From: Pseudolysinimonas sp.
GTDB taxonomy: Bacteria > Actinomycetota > Actinomycetes > Actinomycetales > Microbacteriaceae
Length of the DNA stretch: 64,000 bases
Assembly: GCA_039928695.1 (NCBI GenBank)
Contig: JBDSSQ010000042.1
Location: 1,216-65,215 of the forward strand
Reading direction: 5' to 3'
Shown: positions 32,550-42,087 of the stretch, in pieces
How the letters are laid out: each line of letters opens with the position of its first letter
How positions within the stretch are numbered: the stretch's first letter is position 1
Made by a program: the position numbers and the translations under genes
Notes under the pieces: model-generated
Seen by the model: only the letters and a program-made list of their open reading frames with translations
Told to the model about the DNA's origin: nothing
The model's database searches: none

Positions 32550-33056
32550 TCAGTCGCTGGGCACCTCGCCGACCACGGTCACCACGCAGACGGCGACCAT
32601 GAGCCCGGCGAACGCGCTGAGCAGCAGACGCAGCTTGGGCTGAAAGGTCGCCTCCACTGCATCGCTCAATTCAGTGGGGATGGATGCCGCGCCCGCCCCC
32701 AACGCTCGGCCCCAGTCGATGAGCAGCCGTTCGGCCTCTGTCACGTGCGGATCGATCGGATCGTCGCCGGCCAGTTCGAGCTCGCGCCGGAAGAAGGTGG
32801 TCGGGTACGGCGCCGGATACCCGTCGCTGATCGCGAAGCAGAACAGATTGACCGCTCGCTCGCCGAGGAAGGGGATCAGTTCATCCCGCAGCGCGAACCA
32901 CGCGGTGTACGAGGTGAAGGCGGGAGCCGAGGCGAGCAGCGTGCGGTCGAGATTCGAGAGCGGGCCGGGATGCGATGCGAGAAACTTCTGGGCAGCCTCT
33001 GCCGCGTCCGGAGTCAGTTCGTCGTCGCTCGGCAACGCCAGGAAGGCCATGTGCAC
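32550..33056 (-). CDS. Carboxymuconolactone-decarboxylase/AhpD-like family protein (tentative)
   Basis: The 168-aa protein reads ...LSNLDRTLLASAPAFTSYTAWFALRDELIPFLGERAVNLFCFAISDG.. The similarity to the family is weak, judged by eye. It has a C-terminal hydrophobic tail. Confidence 0.35.
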   Translation of the reverse strand: MHMAFLALPSDDELTPDAAEAAQKFLASHPGPLSNLDRTLLASAPAFTSYTAWFALRDELIPFLGERAVNLFCFAISDGYPAPYPTTFFRRELELAGDDPIDPHVTEAERLLIDWGRALGAGAASIPTELSDAVEATFQPKLRLLLSAFAGLMVAVCVVTVVGEVPSD

Positions 33057-33090
33057 AGCCTACGATGCCGCCGGAAGCGGGCAGGCAGGA

Positions 33091-33804
33091 TTACGCGGCG
33101 ATGCTGCGTGCGGAGCCGGCGGACTGTACGGGCTCGCCGCTGACCAACTGCACAGAGTCGAACACGCCCGCTCGGATCGCCTGGAACACCTCGACGGCCG
33201 CCTGAGCGAGCTTGCCGTGGCTGCCGAGCACCGTCTTGCGGATGCGCGGCTCGTCGTGGATCGACACCCGAGCGGTCTGCGTCGCACCCTCGGCCGCCGG
33301 GTCGACGATGCTGGCACCGAGCGAACGCGCCCACGCGGCGGTCATCTCGGCCACCACGCGGTCGGTCGACACGATGCGCACCTGGTCTCCGCGGGCGAAG
33401 GGGCGGGTGCGGACCAGTGCACGCGCGATGAGTCCCGGGCCGAGGTAGCTGATCGCCTGCTCGTCGGTGATCCACGAGGGCACGCCGAGCACGTCGTCCT
33501 GGTCGATCAACAGCAACTCGTCGAGCTGATCGGCGCCATGATCGGCGCCCTGCACCCTGTCGCGCCACGCCACCCGGTCACGAGGGGCGAAGCCATTGGT
33601 GTCGGGACCAGCGGCGTCCACCGATCCGACGATGAAGCCGCGACCGCGGAGTGCCGGACGCAGCCGAAGCCGACCGACGGTCGGGCGCGGCACAGGCGCG
33701 CGTGTCAGCGCGGGGACACGAGACAAGGGCGCGCCAGGAGTGTGAACGCCAGCGTGGGTCTCTGTCGTGTGGGATGCAGTCATCGAAGTCATCTGAATAG
33801 TCAC
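33091..33804 (-). CDS. Hypothetical protein (weak resemblance to a degenerate MDR dehydrogenase C-terminal half)
   Basis: Track ORF. Its composition is less biased than the overlapping alternatives. The start is uncertain. Confidence 0.35.
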   Translation of the reverse strand: MTIQMTSMTASHTTETHAGVHTPGAPLSRVPALTRAPVPRPTVGRLRLRPALRGRGFIVGSVDAAGPDTNGFAPRDRVAWRDRVQGADHGADQLDELLLIDQDDVLGVPSWITDEQAISYLGPGLIARALVRTRPFARGDQVRIVSTDRVVAEMTAAWARSLGASIVDPAAEGATQTARVSIHDEPRIRKTVLGSHGKLAQAAVEVFQAIRAGVFDSVQLVSGEPVQSAGSARSIAA

Positions 33805-33878
33805 CTTGCTCGATACAACTCATGGGCAGGCATGACTATTCCTGGGAAAACGCCGAAGAATGCCTGGCCAGGAGCGGG

Positions 33879-35291
33879 TCAGAAGATCTTGCCGGGGTTC
33901 AGAATTCCGAGCGGATCGAAGACCTGTTTGAGCTGCTTCTGCAGGGCGAAACTGTCGTCGCCGAGCTCGTCGCGCAGCCAGCGTTTCTTGAGGATGCCGA
34001 CCCCGTGTTCACCAGTCAGCGTGCCGCCGAGACGCAGGCAGTCGAGAAAGAGCTCATCGGCCGCCGCCCACACGTGCTCTGGCACGTCGACGTGTCCCTC
34101 GACCTCCTCGGCGTCAAAGACAAAGTTCGGGTGCAGGTTTCCATCGCCCGCGTGCGCGACGGTCGGGATGCTGATCCCGTACTTCGCCTCGATCCGCTCG
34201 ATCGCGGCGAACATCGAGGGCAGGGCGCTGCGGGGCACCGCGACATCCTCAATGAGAACCGTGCCACGAGCCACCATGGCCGGATGAAACGAGCGCCGGA
34301 TGGCGAACAGCTTCTCGCCCTCTGCCCGGTCGGTCGTCAGCTCGGCCTCGCCACCGAGCGACCGGATGACCGCGAGCGCGTCGTCGGCCTCGACGTCGGC
34401 TCCCATGCCGTCGGTCTGGATCAGCAGCTGGGCACCACGACCGCCCAGGTCGATGCCGAGGTAGGCGCCGATGCCCTCGAGCGCCGTCGCATCCAGAAGC
34501 TCCATGATCGCCGGCTTGATGCCGCTCGACACGATCACCGCCGCTGCCCGCGCCGCCAGCTCGACGCTCGCGAAACTGGCGCTGATCGTGGCCACCGTGC
34601 CCCTGGGCAGCGGGCGCAACTTGAGGGTCGCCTCGACGACGACGCCCAGCGTGCCCTCTGACCCGATCATGAGCGCCGTGAGGTCGTACCCGGTGACGCC
34701 CTTCACCGTCCGGTGGCCCATGCTGATCAGTCGACCGTCGCTGAGCACGACCTTGAGACCGAGCACAGCCTCGCGGGTCACGCCGTACTTGGCGCACAGC
34801 AGGCCGCCGGCATTGGTAGCGATGTTGCCGCCGATGGTCGAGATCGCCTTGCTCGCCGGATCGGGCGCCCACCACAGGCCCCTGTCGGCCAGCTGGGCGT
34901 TGAGGTCGCCGTTCAGCACTCCCGGCTCGACGACGGCGAGTTCGTCGTCCACCGACACCTCGAGAATCCGGTCCATGCCGCGAGTCGACAGCACCAACTC
35001 GCCCTCGCCGCCGATCGCGGCGCCCGCCAGACCGGTGCCGGCTCCACGGGGCACGACCGGCACCTGATTCGCCGTCGCGAACCGCATCGTGGATTGCACA
35101 TGCTCGACCGTCGTCGCTTCGATCACCGCCAACGGGCGGCTCGGCGAGACCTGGCCAGACCGGTCGGCTCGCGCCGCGTTCAGCGTCGCGTCGTCGGTGC
35201 GCACCACAGCGCCCAGTTCGGCCCGCAGCGCGGCAAGCCGAGGATCGGGCGGCAGCTCCGGCGCGACCGCGCTGCCGATCACCGTGGTCAT
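33879..35291 (-). CDS. FAD-linked oxidase (GlcD / D-lactate dehydrogenase family)
   Basis: The FAD-binding PCMH pattern is ...VVPRGAGTGLAGAAIG...VEPGVLNGDLN... The C-terminal FAD-oxidase domain reads ...GHAGDGNLHPNF...GGTLTGEHGVGILK. Confidence 0.88.
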   Translation of the reverse strand: MTTVIGSAVAPELPPDPRLAALRAELGAVVRTDDATLNAARADRSGQVSPSRPLAVIEATTVEHVQSTMRFATANQVPVVPRGAGTGLAGAAIGGEGELVLSTRGMDRILEVSVDDELAVVEPGVLNGDLNAQLADRGLWWAPDPASKAISTIGGNIATNAGGLLCAKYGVTREAVLGLKVVLSDGRLISMGHRTVKGVTGYDLTALMIGSEGTLGVVVEATLKLRPLPRGTVATISASFASVELAARAAAVIVSSGIKPAIMELLDATALEGIGAYLGIDLGGRGAQLLIQTDGMGADVEADDALAVIRSLGGEAELTTDRAEGEKLFAIRRSFHPAMVARGTVLIEDVAVPRSALPSMFAAIERIEAKYGISIPTVAHAGDGNLHPNFVFDAEEVEGHVDVPEHVWAAADELFLDCLRLGGTLTGEHGVGILKKRWLRDELGDDSFALQKQLKQVFDPLGILNPGKIF

Positions 35292-35410
35292 GCCGTCAGG
35301 TTATCGGATGCTGCCTACAGGGCTTTGCTGCTGGGCCTCGGCCGCCGAGGTTGGGCGGTCGTGTCCGATTTCCGCTGACCGGCGTCGGCGGGGCGTGCGA
35401 GGGTTGAGGG

Positions 35411-36928
35411 GTGGATGACCTGGATTTCGCTCACAAGTACGGTGCGCTCGCCTCGCGCGACGCGCGCTTCGACGGCCAGTTCATCGCCGGCGTGCACACC
35501 ACGGGCATCTACTGCCGGCCCAGTTGCCCTGCCGTCACGCCGAAGCCCGGCAACGTCAGCTTCTACCGGACCGCCGCAGCAGCCCACGAGGACGGGCTGC
35601 GCGCATGCAAGCGCTGCCAGCCGGATGCCGTGCCCGGCTCGCCCGACTGGAATCTGCACGACGATCTGGCCTCGCGCGCGATGCGTCTGGTGCACGACGG
35701 GGTCGTGGAGCGCGAGGGCGTCGAGGGGCTCTCCCGCCGGCTCGGCTACTCCTCCCGTCATGTGACGCGGGTGCTACGGGCCGAGTTGGGCGCTGGTCCG
35801 CTGGCACTGGCACGGGCGAATCGCGCCCAGACCGCGCGCTCGCTGCTCGCCGCCACCGAGTTGCCGGTGACCGACATCGCCTTCGCGGCCGGTTTCGGCA
35901 GCCTTCGGCAGTTCAACGAGACGATTGCAGAGGTCTACTTATCTACTCCGACCGAGCTCCGCGCGCTCGCTCGAAAGGGGAAGGCCATTTCTGGCCTTCC
36001 CCGCGGCGCCAGCGCCGATCCCCGTCTCGGGGATCGGGTCACAGGCACCCCGTTGAATCTTCGACTCCCCGCCAGGTCGCCTTTCGACGGCAGCGGCCTG
36101 ATGCGCTTCTTCGCAGACCACGCCATCGCCGGGCTCGAGACCGCGGCGGGCGATTCGGTGGGTGACGCCTCCTTTGCGCGACCGCTCGCCCTGCCCCATG
36201 GCCGCGCCGACGTGACCATCCGCCTGGATCCGGAGCGCGCGGGCGTTGTCGTCACCGCCAAACTGGCGAATCTTGCCGACCTGCCGGCGCTGTCATCCCG
36301 AGTGCGGCGGATGTTCGACCTCGACGCAGACTCGGTGGCAATCGACGAGGCGCTCGCCTCAGACCCTGTGCTGGCGCCGTTGGTCGCAGCTGTGCCCGGC
36401 ATCCGCATCCCGGGCAGTGCCGACGGGGCGGAGACGCTGTTCCGCACCCTGATCGGTCAGCAGATTTCGGTGGCGGCGGCCCGCACGGTGGTCGGGCGGC
36501 TGGTGGCCGATCTCGGCGAGGCGGGGCCAGAAGGAGGGGCCATGTTCCCCACGGCCGAAGCCATCGCCGAGCGAGGTGGAGCCGTGCTGCGCGGGCCGGC
36601 GAACCGGGTGGCCACCATCATCCGGGTCGCGGATGCCGTGGCGAGCGGCCAGCTGCGTCTCGACGTCGAGACTCCCGCCGCCGAGTTGCGCGAGCGCCTG
36701 CTTGCGCTGCCGGGCGTCGGACCGTGGACCGCCGACTACCTCGCCATGCGCGTGCTGGGCAACCCAGACACCTTCCTCGAGACCGATCTCGTCATCCGCC
36801 AAAGCGCCGAGGCGCTTGGCCTGCCAGGCGCACCGAGGGCACTCGCGCAGCGGGCGGCTGCATGGGCGCCGTGGCGCAGTTACGCGAACCTGCAACTGTG
36901 GCGTCATCGCCCTTCCCGCTCAGAGTAG
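35411..36928 (+). CDS. Ada(N)-AraC-AlkA fusion: methylphosphotriester-sensing regulator / DNA-3-methyladenine glycosylase II
   Basis: The Ada Zn domain is DARFDGQFIAGVHTTGIYCRPSCPA...ACKRCQPD. The AraC HTH is LSRRLGYSSRHVTRVLRAELG. The HhH-GPD region is LPGVGPWTADYLAMRVLGNPDTFLETDLV. This architecture is like M. tuberculosis Ada-AlkA. Confidence 0.85.
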   Translation: MDDLDFAHKYGALASRDARFDGQFIAGVHTTGIYCRPSCPAVTPKPGNVSFYRTAAAAHEDGLRACKRCQPDAVPGSPDWNLHDDLASRAMRLVHDGVVEREGVEGLSRRLGYSSRHVTRVLRAELGAGPLALARANRAQTARSLLAATELPVTDIAFAAGFGSLRQFNETIAEVYLSTPTELRALARKGKAISGLPRGASADPRLGDRVTGTPLNLRLPARSPFDGSGLMRFFADHAIAGLETAAGDSVGDASFARPLALPHGRADVTIRLDPERAGVVVTAKLANLADLPALSSRVRRMFDLDADSVAIDEALASDPVLAPLVAAVPGIRIPGSADGAETLFRTLIGQQISVAAARTVVGRLVADLGEAGPEGGAMFPTAEAIAERGGAVLRGPANRVATIIRVADAVASGQLRLDVETPAAELRERLLALPGVGPWTADYLAMRVLGNPDTFLETDLVIRQSAEALGLPGAPRALAQRAAAWAPWRSYANLQLWRHRPSRSE

Positions 36929-36976
36929 GGTGATGTCCGCCCAGCCATCCCGGAGCGGGGCAAGTGGAGTGGACGC

Positions 36977-37747
36977 ATGCTCGTCTCCGTGGTGATTCCG
37001 GCCCGGAATGATGCCGAAATGCTCGAGACCTGCTTGGCGGCGCTCGCGCAGCAGAGCGGCCTGCCCACCTCGGTCGATGTCGAACTGGTCGTCGTCGACA
37101 ACGGCAGCACAGACTCGACAGCCCAGGTCGCGCACGACGCTGGTGTCCGGGTGATCACCGAGCCGATCCCCGGGATTCCGCAGGCAGCATCCGCCGGCTA
37201 CGACGCCGCACGAGGCGAACTCATCGCCCGCGTCGATGCCGACTCGGTCTGCCCACCCGATTGGCTCGCACGAGCCGTCGCGATCTTCGCGCACGACGAC
37301 GAGCTCTCGGTGCTGACCGGAACCGGCGAGTTCTATGGCGCGAACGAACTGGTGCATCGGATCGGCAAGGCCTGGTATTTGGGAGGCATGTACTGGTCGA
37401 TGACCGGCTATCTGGGGCATCCGCCGATCTTTGGTTCGAACTTCGTCATGCGGCGCGAGGTGTGGGCCGAGTTGCGCAACGAGGTGCATCGCAACCAGCG
37501 CACCATTCACGACGACCTCGACCTGAGTCTGCACATCAAGCCGTGGATGACGGTGCGCTACGACCCCGACTTCGTCGTGCAGATCTCGGCCAGGCCGTTC
37601 TCGAGCTTCAGCGGATTGCGCCGCCGGCTGTCGTGGGTGCTGCCGACCCTGCTCAATCACTGGCCGAGCGACAGCCCGTGGGCGCGCCGTGCCGCGCGAC
37701 GACGCTGGGAAAAAGGTGACCAGGAGCGTCAGGAAGCCGTGGCATAG
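36977..37747 (+). CDS. Family-2 glycosyltransferase (soluble)
   Basis: MLVSVVIPARNDAEMLETCLAALAQQS...VVDNGSTDST...RVDADS carries the GT2 motifs. Confidence 0.8.
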   Translation: MLVSVVIPARNDAEMLETCLAALAQQSGLPTSVDVELVVVDNGSTDSTAQVAHDAGVRVITEPIPGIPQAASAGYDAARGELIARVDADSVCPPDWLARAVAIFAHDDELSVLTGTGEFYGANELVHRIGKAWYLGGMYWSMTGYLGHPPIFGSNFVMRREVWAELRNEVHRNQRTIHDDLDLSLHIKPWMTVRYDPDFVVQISARPFSSFSGLRRRLSWVLPTLLNHWPSDSPWARRAARRRWEKGDQERQEAVA

Positions 37748-38604
37748 AGCCGGAGCAGGTCTCGCGACAGCTGGTACGGGGTGGTCTCGCACGGGCTGTG
37801 CCCGGTGTCGTAGACCGCGAGTTCTGCGCCGATGCGCTCGGCGAACTCCGCGTGAAGTTCGACCCGCCATAGATCGTGCGAGCCGACGGCGACCAGCTTC
37901 GGGATCGCGGCATCCCGCAGTTGAGGCCGCAGCTCGGGAGCTCGCTTCATCAGCGTGATGATGTCGGCCACGCTGCGCATCGACGTCTTCTGGAACCGCA
38001 GCCGGACGAAGTCGAGCCGGGATTGCGACACCTTGTTCTTGTTCGTGACGATGCCCCAGCGCATCAACGATGCGCCCACTCCCCCGGTCGCCATCCAGGT
38101 GAACGGGCCGAGGATCTTGACTCCCCGAAAGCCGTTGTGCGGCTCGGGCGGGGTCGCGAGCAGCGTGAGGCTGAGCACCAGCTCAGGGCGTTGCACTGTG
38201 ACGATCTCGGCGATCGTGCCCGCGAACGAGTAGCCGAGCAGATGAGCGGGCCCGCCCGCCTCGAGAAAGGCGATCATGTCGTCGGCGAAGAGCTGGTAGG
38301 TGTAGTGGTCACCCGGCTGCGGAGCCGCGTCGGCCGACTCGTAGTTGCCCGCCAGGTCGTAGCTCTGTACGTAGTATCCGGATGCCGCAAGCACCGGCAG
38401 CACGAGCGCGAAGTCCTCTTTCGATCCCGAAACGCCGGGCACGAGCACGACGCGGGCGTCAGCGGGGTCGCCGAGCGACACCACGGCGAGTTCGCCGCTG
38501 GGCGCCGCAAACCGCGAGGGCACGGATCCCGCCGGCGGGATGGTCCAGTCGATGTCGTGCGGCAGTTCGGCATCGAGGCGCGCGGCATCGGGCTGAACGG
38601 TCAC
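37729..38604 (-). CDS. Alpha/beta hydrolase
   Basis: ...VVLVPGVSGSKEDF...LLGYSFAGTIA (nucleophile elbow GxSxG)...GSHD. I take the start at in-frame GTG 38604, because the track start 38721 would overlap the ku 3' end. Confidence 0.7.
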   Translation of the reverse strand: MTVQPDAARLDAELPHDIDWTIPPAGSVPSRFAAPSGELAVVSLGDPADARVVLVPGVSGSKEDFALVLPVLAASGYYVQSYDLAGNYESADAAPQPGDHYTYQLFADDMIAFLEAGGPAHLLGYSFAGTIAEIVTVQRPELVLSLTLLATPPEPHNGFRGVKILGPFTWMATGGVGASLMRWGIVTNKNKVSQSRLDFVRLRFQKTSMRSVADIITLMKRAPELRPQLRDAAIPKLVAVGSHDLWRVELHAEFAERIGAELAVYDTGHSPCETTPYQLSRDLLRLYATAS

Positions 38605-38620
38605 GCGCGAAATCCTAGGG

Positions 38621-39487
38621 CTATGCCGACTTCTTCTTCGCGGGCGCCTTCTTCGGCGCTGCCTTGGGGCTCCCAGCCTTCGGTGCGGCGGCCTGCTTGT
38701 TCTCACCGCGCTGGTTTTCAACGCTTCGGCGCAGCGCCTCCATCAGGTCGAGCACCTCGCCGCCGCCCTGGCCCTCCGCGCGCCCGAAGGTCGCCTCGGT
38801 GTCGAGGGCGTCGCCCTGCTCGAGCTTGGCCTCAACGAGCGTGCGCAACTGCGCCTGGTAGTCGTCGGTGAACTTCTCGGGAGTGAAGTCGCTGGCGAAA
38901 CTCTCGACCAGCTGCTTGCTCATCTTCAGTTCGGCATCCGTGATCTTCGGCGACTCGTCGAGCTCGGGGAACCGCGCCTCGCGCACCTCGTCGTCCCACA
39001 GCAGCGTCTGCAGCATCAGCACGTCGTCGTGCACGCGCAGAGCCGCCAGGCGGGTCTTCTGCCGAAGCGCGAACTGCACGATCGCGGTGCGATCCGTCGA
39101 CTGCAGGGTCTGGCGCAGCAGCACGTACGCCTTGGTCGACTTCGAGTCTGGCGCCAGGTAGTAGCTCTTCTCGAACATGATCGGATCGACCTGATCGCTG
39201 GGCACGAACTCGACAACGTCGATGTCTTTGCTGCGCTCGGCAGGCAGAGACGCCAGGTCTTCTGGAGTCAGGATCACGGTCTCGTCGCCGTCGACGTATG
39301 CCTTGGCGATGTGCTCGTAGTCCACGATCTCGCCGTCGATCTCGCAGCGACGCGAATACCGGATGCGTCCGCCGTCTTTGTCGTGCACCTGGTGCAGGGG
39401 AACGTCGTGGTCTTCGGTCGCGGCGTACAGCTTCACGGGCACGTTGACGAGACCGAAGCTCAGGGAACCCTTCCAGATGGAGCGCAT
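38621..39487 (-). CDS. ku: Ku protein (bacterial NHEJ)
   Basis: MRSIWKGSLSFGLVNVPVKLYAATEDHDV.LHQVH..DGGRIRY... is a canonical bacterial Ku, with a Lys/Ala-rich C-terminal tail. Confidence 0.93.
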   Translation of the reverse strand: MRSIWKGSLSFGLVNVPVKLYAATEDHDVPLHQVHDKDGGRIRYSRRCEIDGEIVDYEHIAKAYVDGDETVILTPEDLASLPAERSKDIDVVEFVPSDQVDPIMFEKSYYLAPDSKSTKAYVLLRQTLQSTDRTAIVQFALRQKTRLAALRVHDDVLMLQTLLWDDEVREARFPELDESPKITDAELKMSKQLVESFASDFTPEKFTDDYQAQLRTLVEAKLEQGDALDTEATFGRAEGQGGGEVLDLMEALRRSVENQRGENKQAAAPKAGSPKAAPKKAPAKKKSA

Positions 39488-39507
39488 CCTGTCATTTTCC
39501 TCCGTGC

Positions 39508-42087
39508 ATGTGGACGATGTACACCCCCGTGGCTACCGTGGCCGGTATGGCGAAGGCGGAGGGCGCGGACAGTTACGTGAATGTCGGGGGTCACCGGCTG
39601 CGGCTGACCAACCTCGACAAGGTGCTCTATCCCGAGACCGGCACGACCAAAGCCGACGTCATCGACTACTACTCGCGCGTTGCCGACGCGCTGATCTCGC
39701 ACGCGCGCGACCGGCCAGCCACCCGCAAACGCTGGGTCTCGGGCGTTGGCACCGCCGAGAAGCCGGGGCAGGTGTTCTTCGAGAAGAACCTGCCGGACTC
39801 CGCGCCCGACTGGATCACCCACCGGTCGATCCAGCACTCCGACCACGTGAACGAATACCCGCTCGTGAACAACCTGGCCACCCTGGTCTGGATCGCGCAG
39901 CAGGCCGCTCTCGAGATCCACGTTCCGCAGTGGCGGTTCGGCCGCAACGGCGCCCGCAAGAATCCGGATCGCATGGTGCTCGATCTTGACCCCGGCGAAG
40001 GCGCTGGGCTGGCCGAGTGCGCAGAGGTCGCCAAGCTCGTGCGCGCGCTGCTCACCGGGATGGGGCTCGACCCGATGCCCGTGACCAGCGGAAGCAAAGG
40101 CATCCATTTGTATGCGGCTCTCGACGGTACTCAGTCGAGCGACGAGGTCTCGGCCGTCGCGCACGAGTTGGCGCGCGCACTCGAGGCCGACCACCCCGAC
40201 CTCGTGGTCAGTGACATGAAGAAGGCGGTGCGGGGCGGCAAGGTGCTGCTGGACTGGAGCCAGAACAACGGCGCCAAGACGACCGTCGTGCCGTACTCGC
40301 TGCGCGGCCGGTTGCGGCCGACGGTCGCCGCCCCACGCACCTGGCGCGAGATCGCCTCACCGGGGCTGAAGCATCTGGAGTTCACCGAGGTCTTGAAGCG
40401 TTTCGAGAGCAAGGGAGACCCGCTCGCCGACCTGTCGGCGGGCCATTTAGCGGCGCAGACCGGTGAAGACCTCGCCGAGTATCGCCGGATGCGCAACAAG
40501 TCGGTCACGCCCGAGCCGTTCGGCGACGTGCCGGGCAGCGACCCGAGTTGGACACCGGACCCCGAGCACCCGCACTTCGTGATCCAGGAGCATCACGCCA
40601 GCTCGCTGCACTACGACTTCCGGCTCGAGCGCGACGGGGTGCTGGTCAGCTGGGCGGTTCCCAAGGGAGTGCCCACCGATCCGAAGCAGAACCACCTCGC
40701 CGTTCACGTCGAGGATCACCCCTTCGAGTACGGCACATTCGAGGGCGTCATTCCCAAGGGCGAGTACGGCGCGGGCGACGTCGCGATCTGGGACCGCGGC
40801 CGCTACGAGCTGGAGAAGTGGCGCGAGGAGGGCGACAAGGGCGGCGGCGAGGTGATCCTCACCATCCACGGCGAGAAGCACGGCTCTCACCGGCTCGCGC
40901 TGATTCAGACCAAGCAGGCCGACAATCCCAAGAACTGGATGCTTCACCTGATGAAGAGTCAGAATCCGGTCGATTGGGATGCCGAAGGCGGCCCCGTCGA
41001 CACGGTGACCGGCAACAAGTGGCACGGTCATGCCGCCGTCTCGACCGGGCGAAAAGGCCTCGGCACGCCGAAGAAGACCATCGTCGGATCGCGGATCGCG
41101 AGCGACTCGATCCACCCGATGCTCGCGACGCTGGGTGCCATCACGGGGGTCGACCGGTTCCGCGGCGGGGACGACCCCGCTCATCCGATCTGGGCGTACG
41201 AGATGAAGTGGGATGGCATCCGGGCGATCGCGACCATCCGCGGCGACGAGCTGAGCCTGCGCAGCCGCAACGGGCTCGACCTCACGGCGAGCTACCCGGA
41301 ACTGGCCGAGCTTCTCAACGCGGTGAAGGGAGATGCCGTGCTCGACGGCGAGATCGTCGCCCTCGACGCGAAGGGGCGGCCGAGCTTCGGAGCGCTGCAG
41401 CAGCGGATGGGGCTCACCAGTCCGCGCGACGTGGAGCGCGGGCGACTCAAGACGCCCGTGCACTACTTCGTGTTCGACCTGCTGCGCCTGGGTACGGTCT
41501 CGCGCGAAAAGGATCCGTATGAGAAGCGCAGAGCACTTCTGCTGAAGAGCGTCAAGGATCGAGGTCCGATCGTCGTACCCCCGGAAGCGAGCCGCGATCT
41601 CGACGAGGCCCTGGCCACCAGCAAGAAGCTCGGCCTCGAGGGCGTGATGGCGAAGCGGCTCGACAGCCCGTACCGCGAGGGCAAGCGAAGCCGTGACTGG
41701 ATCAAGCTCAAGCACACCCTCACCCAGGAGGTCGTGGTCGGTGGCTGGCGCCCGGGCACCGGCCACCGCTCGAACAGCGTCGGATCGCTGCTGGTGGGGA
41801 TCCCGGATGCCGATGGCCTGCGCTACGTCGGCCGGGTCGGCACCGGCTTCACCGATCGACAGCTCACCGAGTTGCGCACCCGGCTCGACGCGTTGGCCAG
41901 CGCGAGCAGCCCCCTGATCGACGTGCCGAGCGCCGATGCGCGCGACGCCAACTGGGTGACTCCGACCATGGTGGGCGAGGTGGAGTTCGCCGAGCTCACC
42001 AGCGACGGGCGGCTTCGGGCTCCCGCGTGGCGGGGATGGCGTCCCGATAAGAATCCGGACCAGGTGGTGCGCGAGGTCGCGGACTAA
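39508..42087 (+). CDS. ligD: Multidomain ATP-dependent DNA ligase LigD (Pol - phosphoesterase - ligase order)
   Basis: The Pol domain is VGGHRLRLTNLDKVLYPETGTTKADVIDYY. The PE domain is PHFVIQEHHASSLHYDFRLE. Ligase motif I is YEMKWDGIRA. The gene is divergent from ku. The start may be ATG 39547. Confidence 0.92.
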   Translation: MWTMYTPVATVAGMAKAEGADSYVNVGGHRLRLTNLDKVLYPETGTTKADVIDYYSRVADALISHARDRPATRKRWVSGVGTAEKPGQVFFEKNLPDSAPDWITHRSIQHSDHVNEYPLVNNLATLVWIAQQAALEIHVPQWRFGRNGARKNPDRMVLDLDPGEGAGLAECAEVAKLVRALLTGMGLDPMPVTSGSKGIHLYAALDGTQSSDEVSAVAHELARALEADHPDLVVSDMKKAVRGGKVLLDWSQNNGAKTTVVPYSLRGRLRPTVAAPRTWREIASPGLKHLEFTEVLKRFESKGDPLADLSAGHLAAQTGEDLAEYRRMRNKSVTPEPFGDVPGSDPSWTPDPEHPHFVIQEHHASSLHYDFRLERDGVLVSWAVPKGVPTDPKQNHLAVHVEDHPFEYGTFEGVIPKGEYGAGDVAIWDRGRYELEKWREEGDKGGGEVILTIHGEKHGSHRLALIQTKQADNPKNWMLHLMKSQNPVDWDAEGGPVDTVTGNKWHGHAAVSTGRKGLGTPKKTIVGSRIASDSIHPMLATLGAITGVDRFRGGDDPAHPIWAYEMKWDGIRAIATIRGDELSLRSRNGLDLTASYPELAELLNAVKGDAVLDGEIVALDAKGRPSFGALQQRMGLTSPRDVERGRLKTPVHYFVFDLLRLGTVSREKDPYEKRRALLLKSVKDRGPIVVPPEASRDLDEALATSKKLGLEGVMAKRLDSPYREGKRSRDWIKLKHTLTQEVVVGGWRPGTGHRSNSVGSLLVGIPDADGLRYVGRVGTGFTDRQLTELRTRLDALASASSPLIDVPSADARDANWVTPTMVGEVEFAELTSDGRLRAPAWRGWRPDKNPDQVVREVAD

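Noticed and set aside
32674-34287. 537-aa plus-strand ORF spanning three minus-strand genes.
   Set aside because: It is Ser/Arg/Ala-rich low complexity. It crosses gene boundaries of better-supported minus-strand ORFs, including the GlcD-like oxidase.
38605-38721. The 5' extension of the alpha/beta-hydrolase ORF into the ku 3' end.
   Set aside because: It would overlap ku by 100 nt. An in-frame GTG at 38604 removes the overlap and keeps the whole hydrolase fold.
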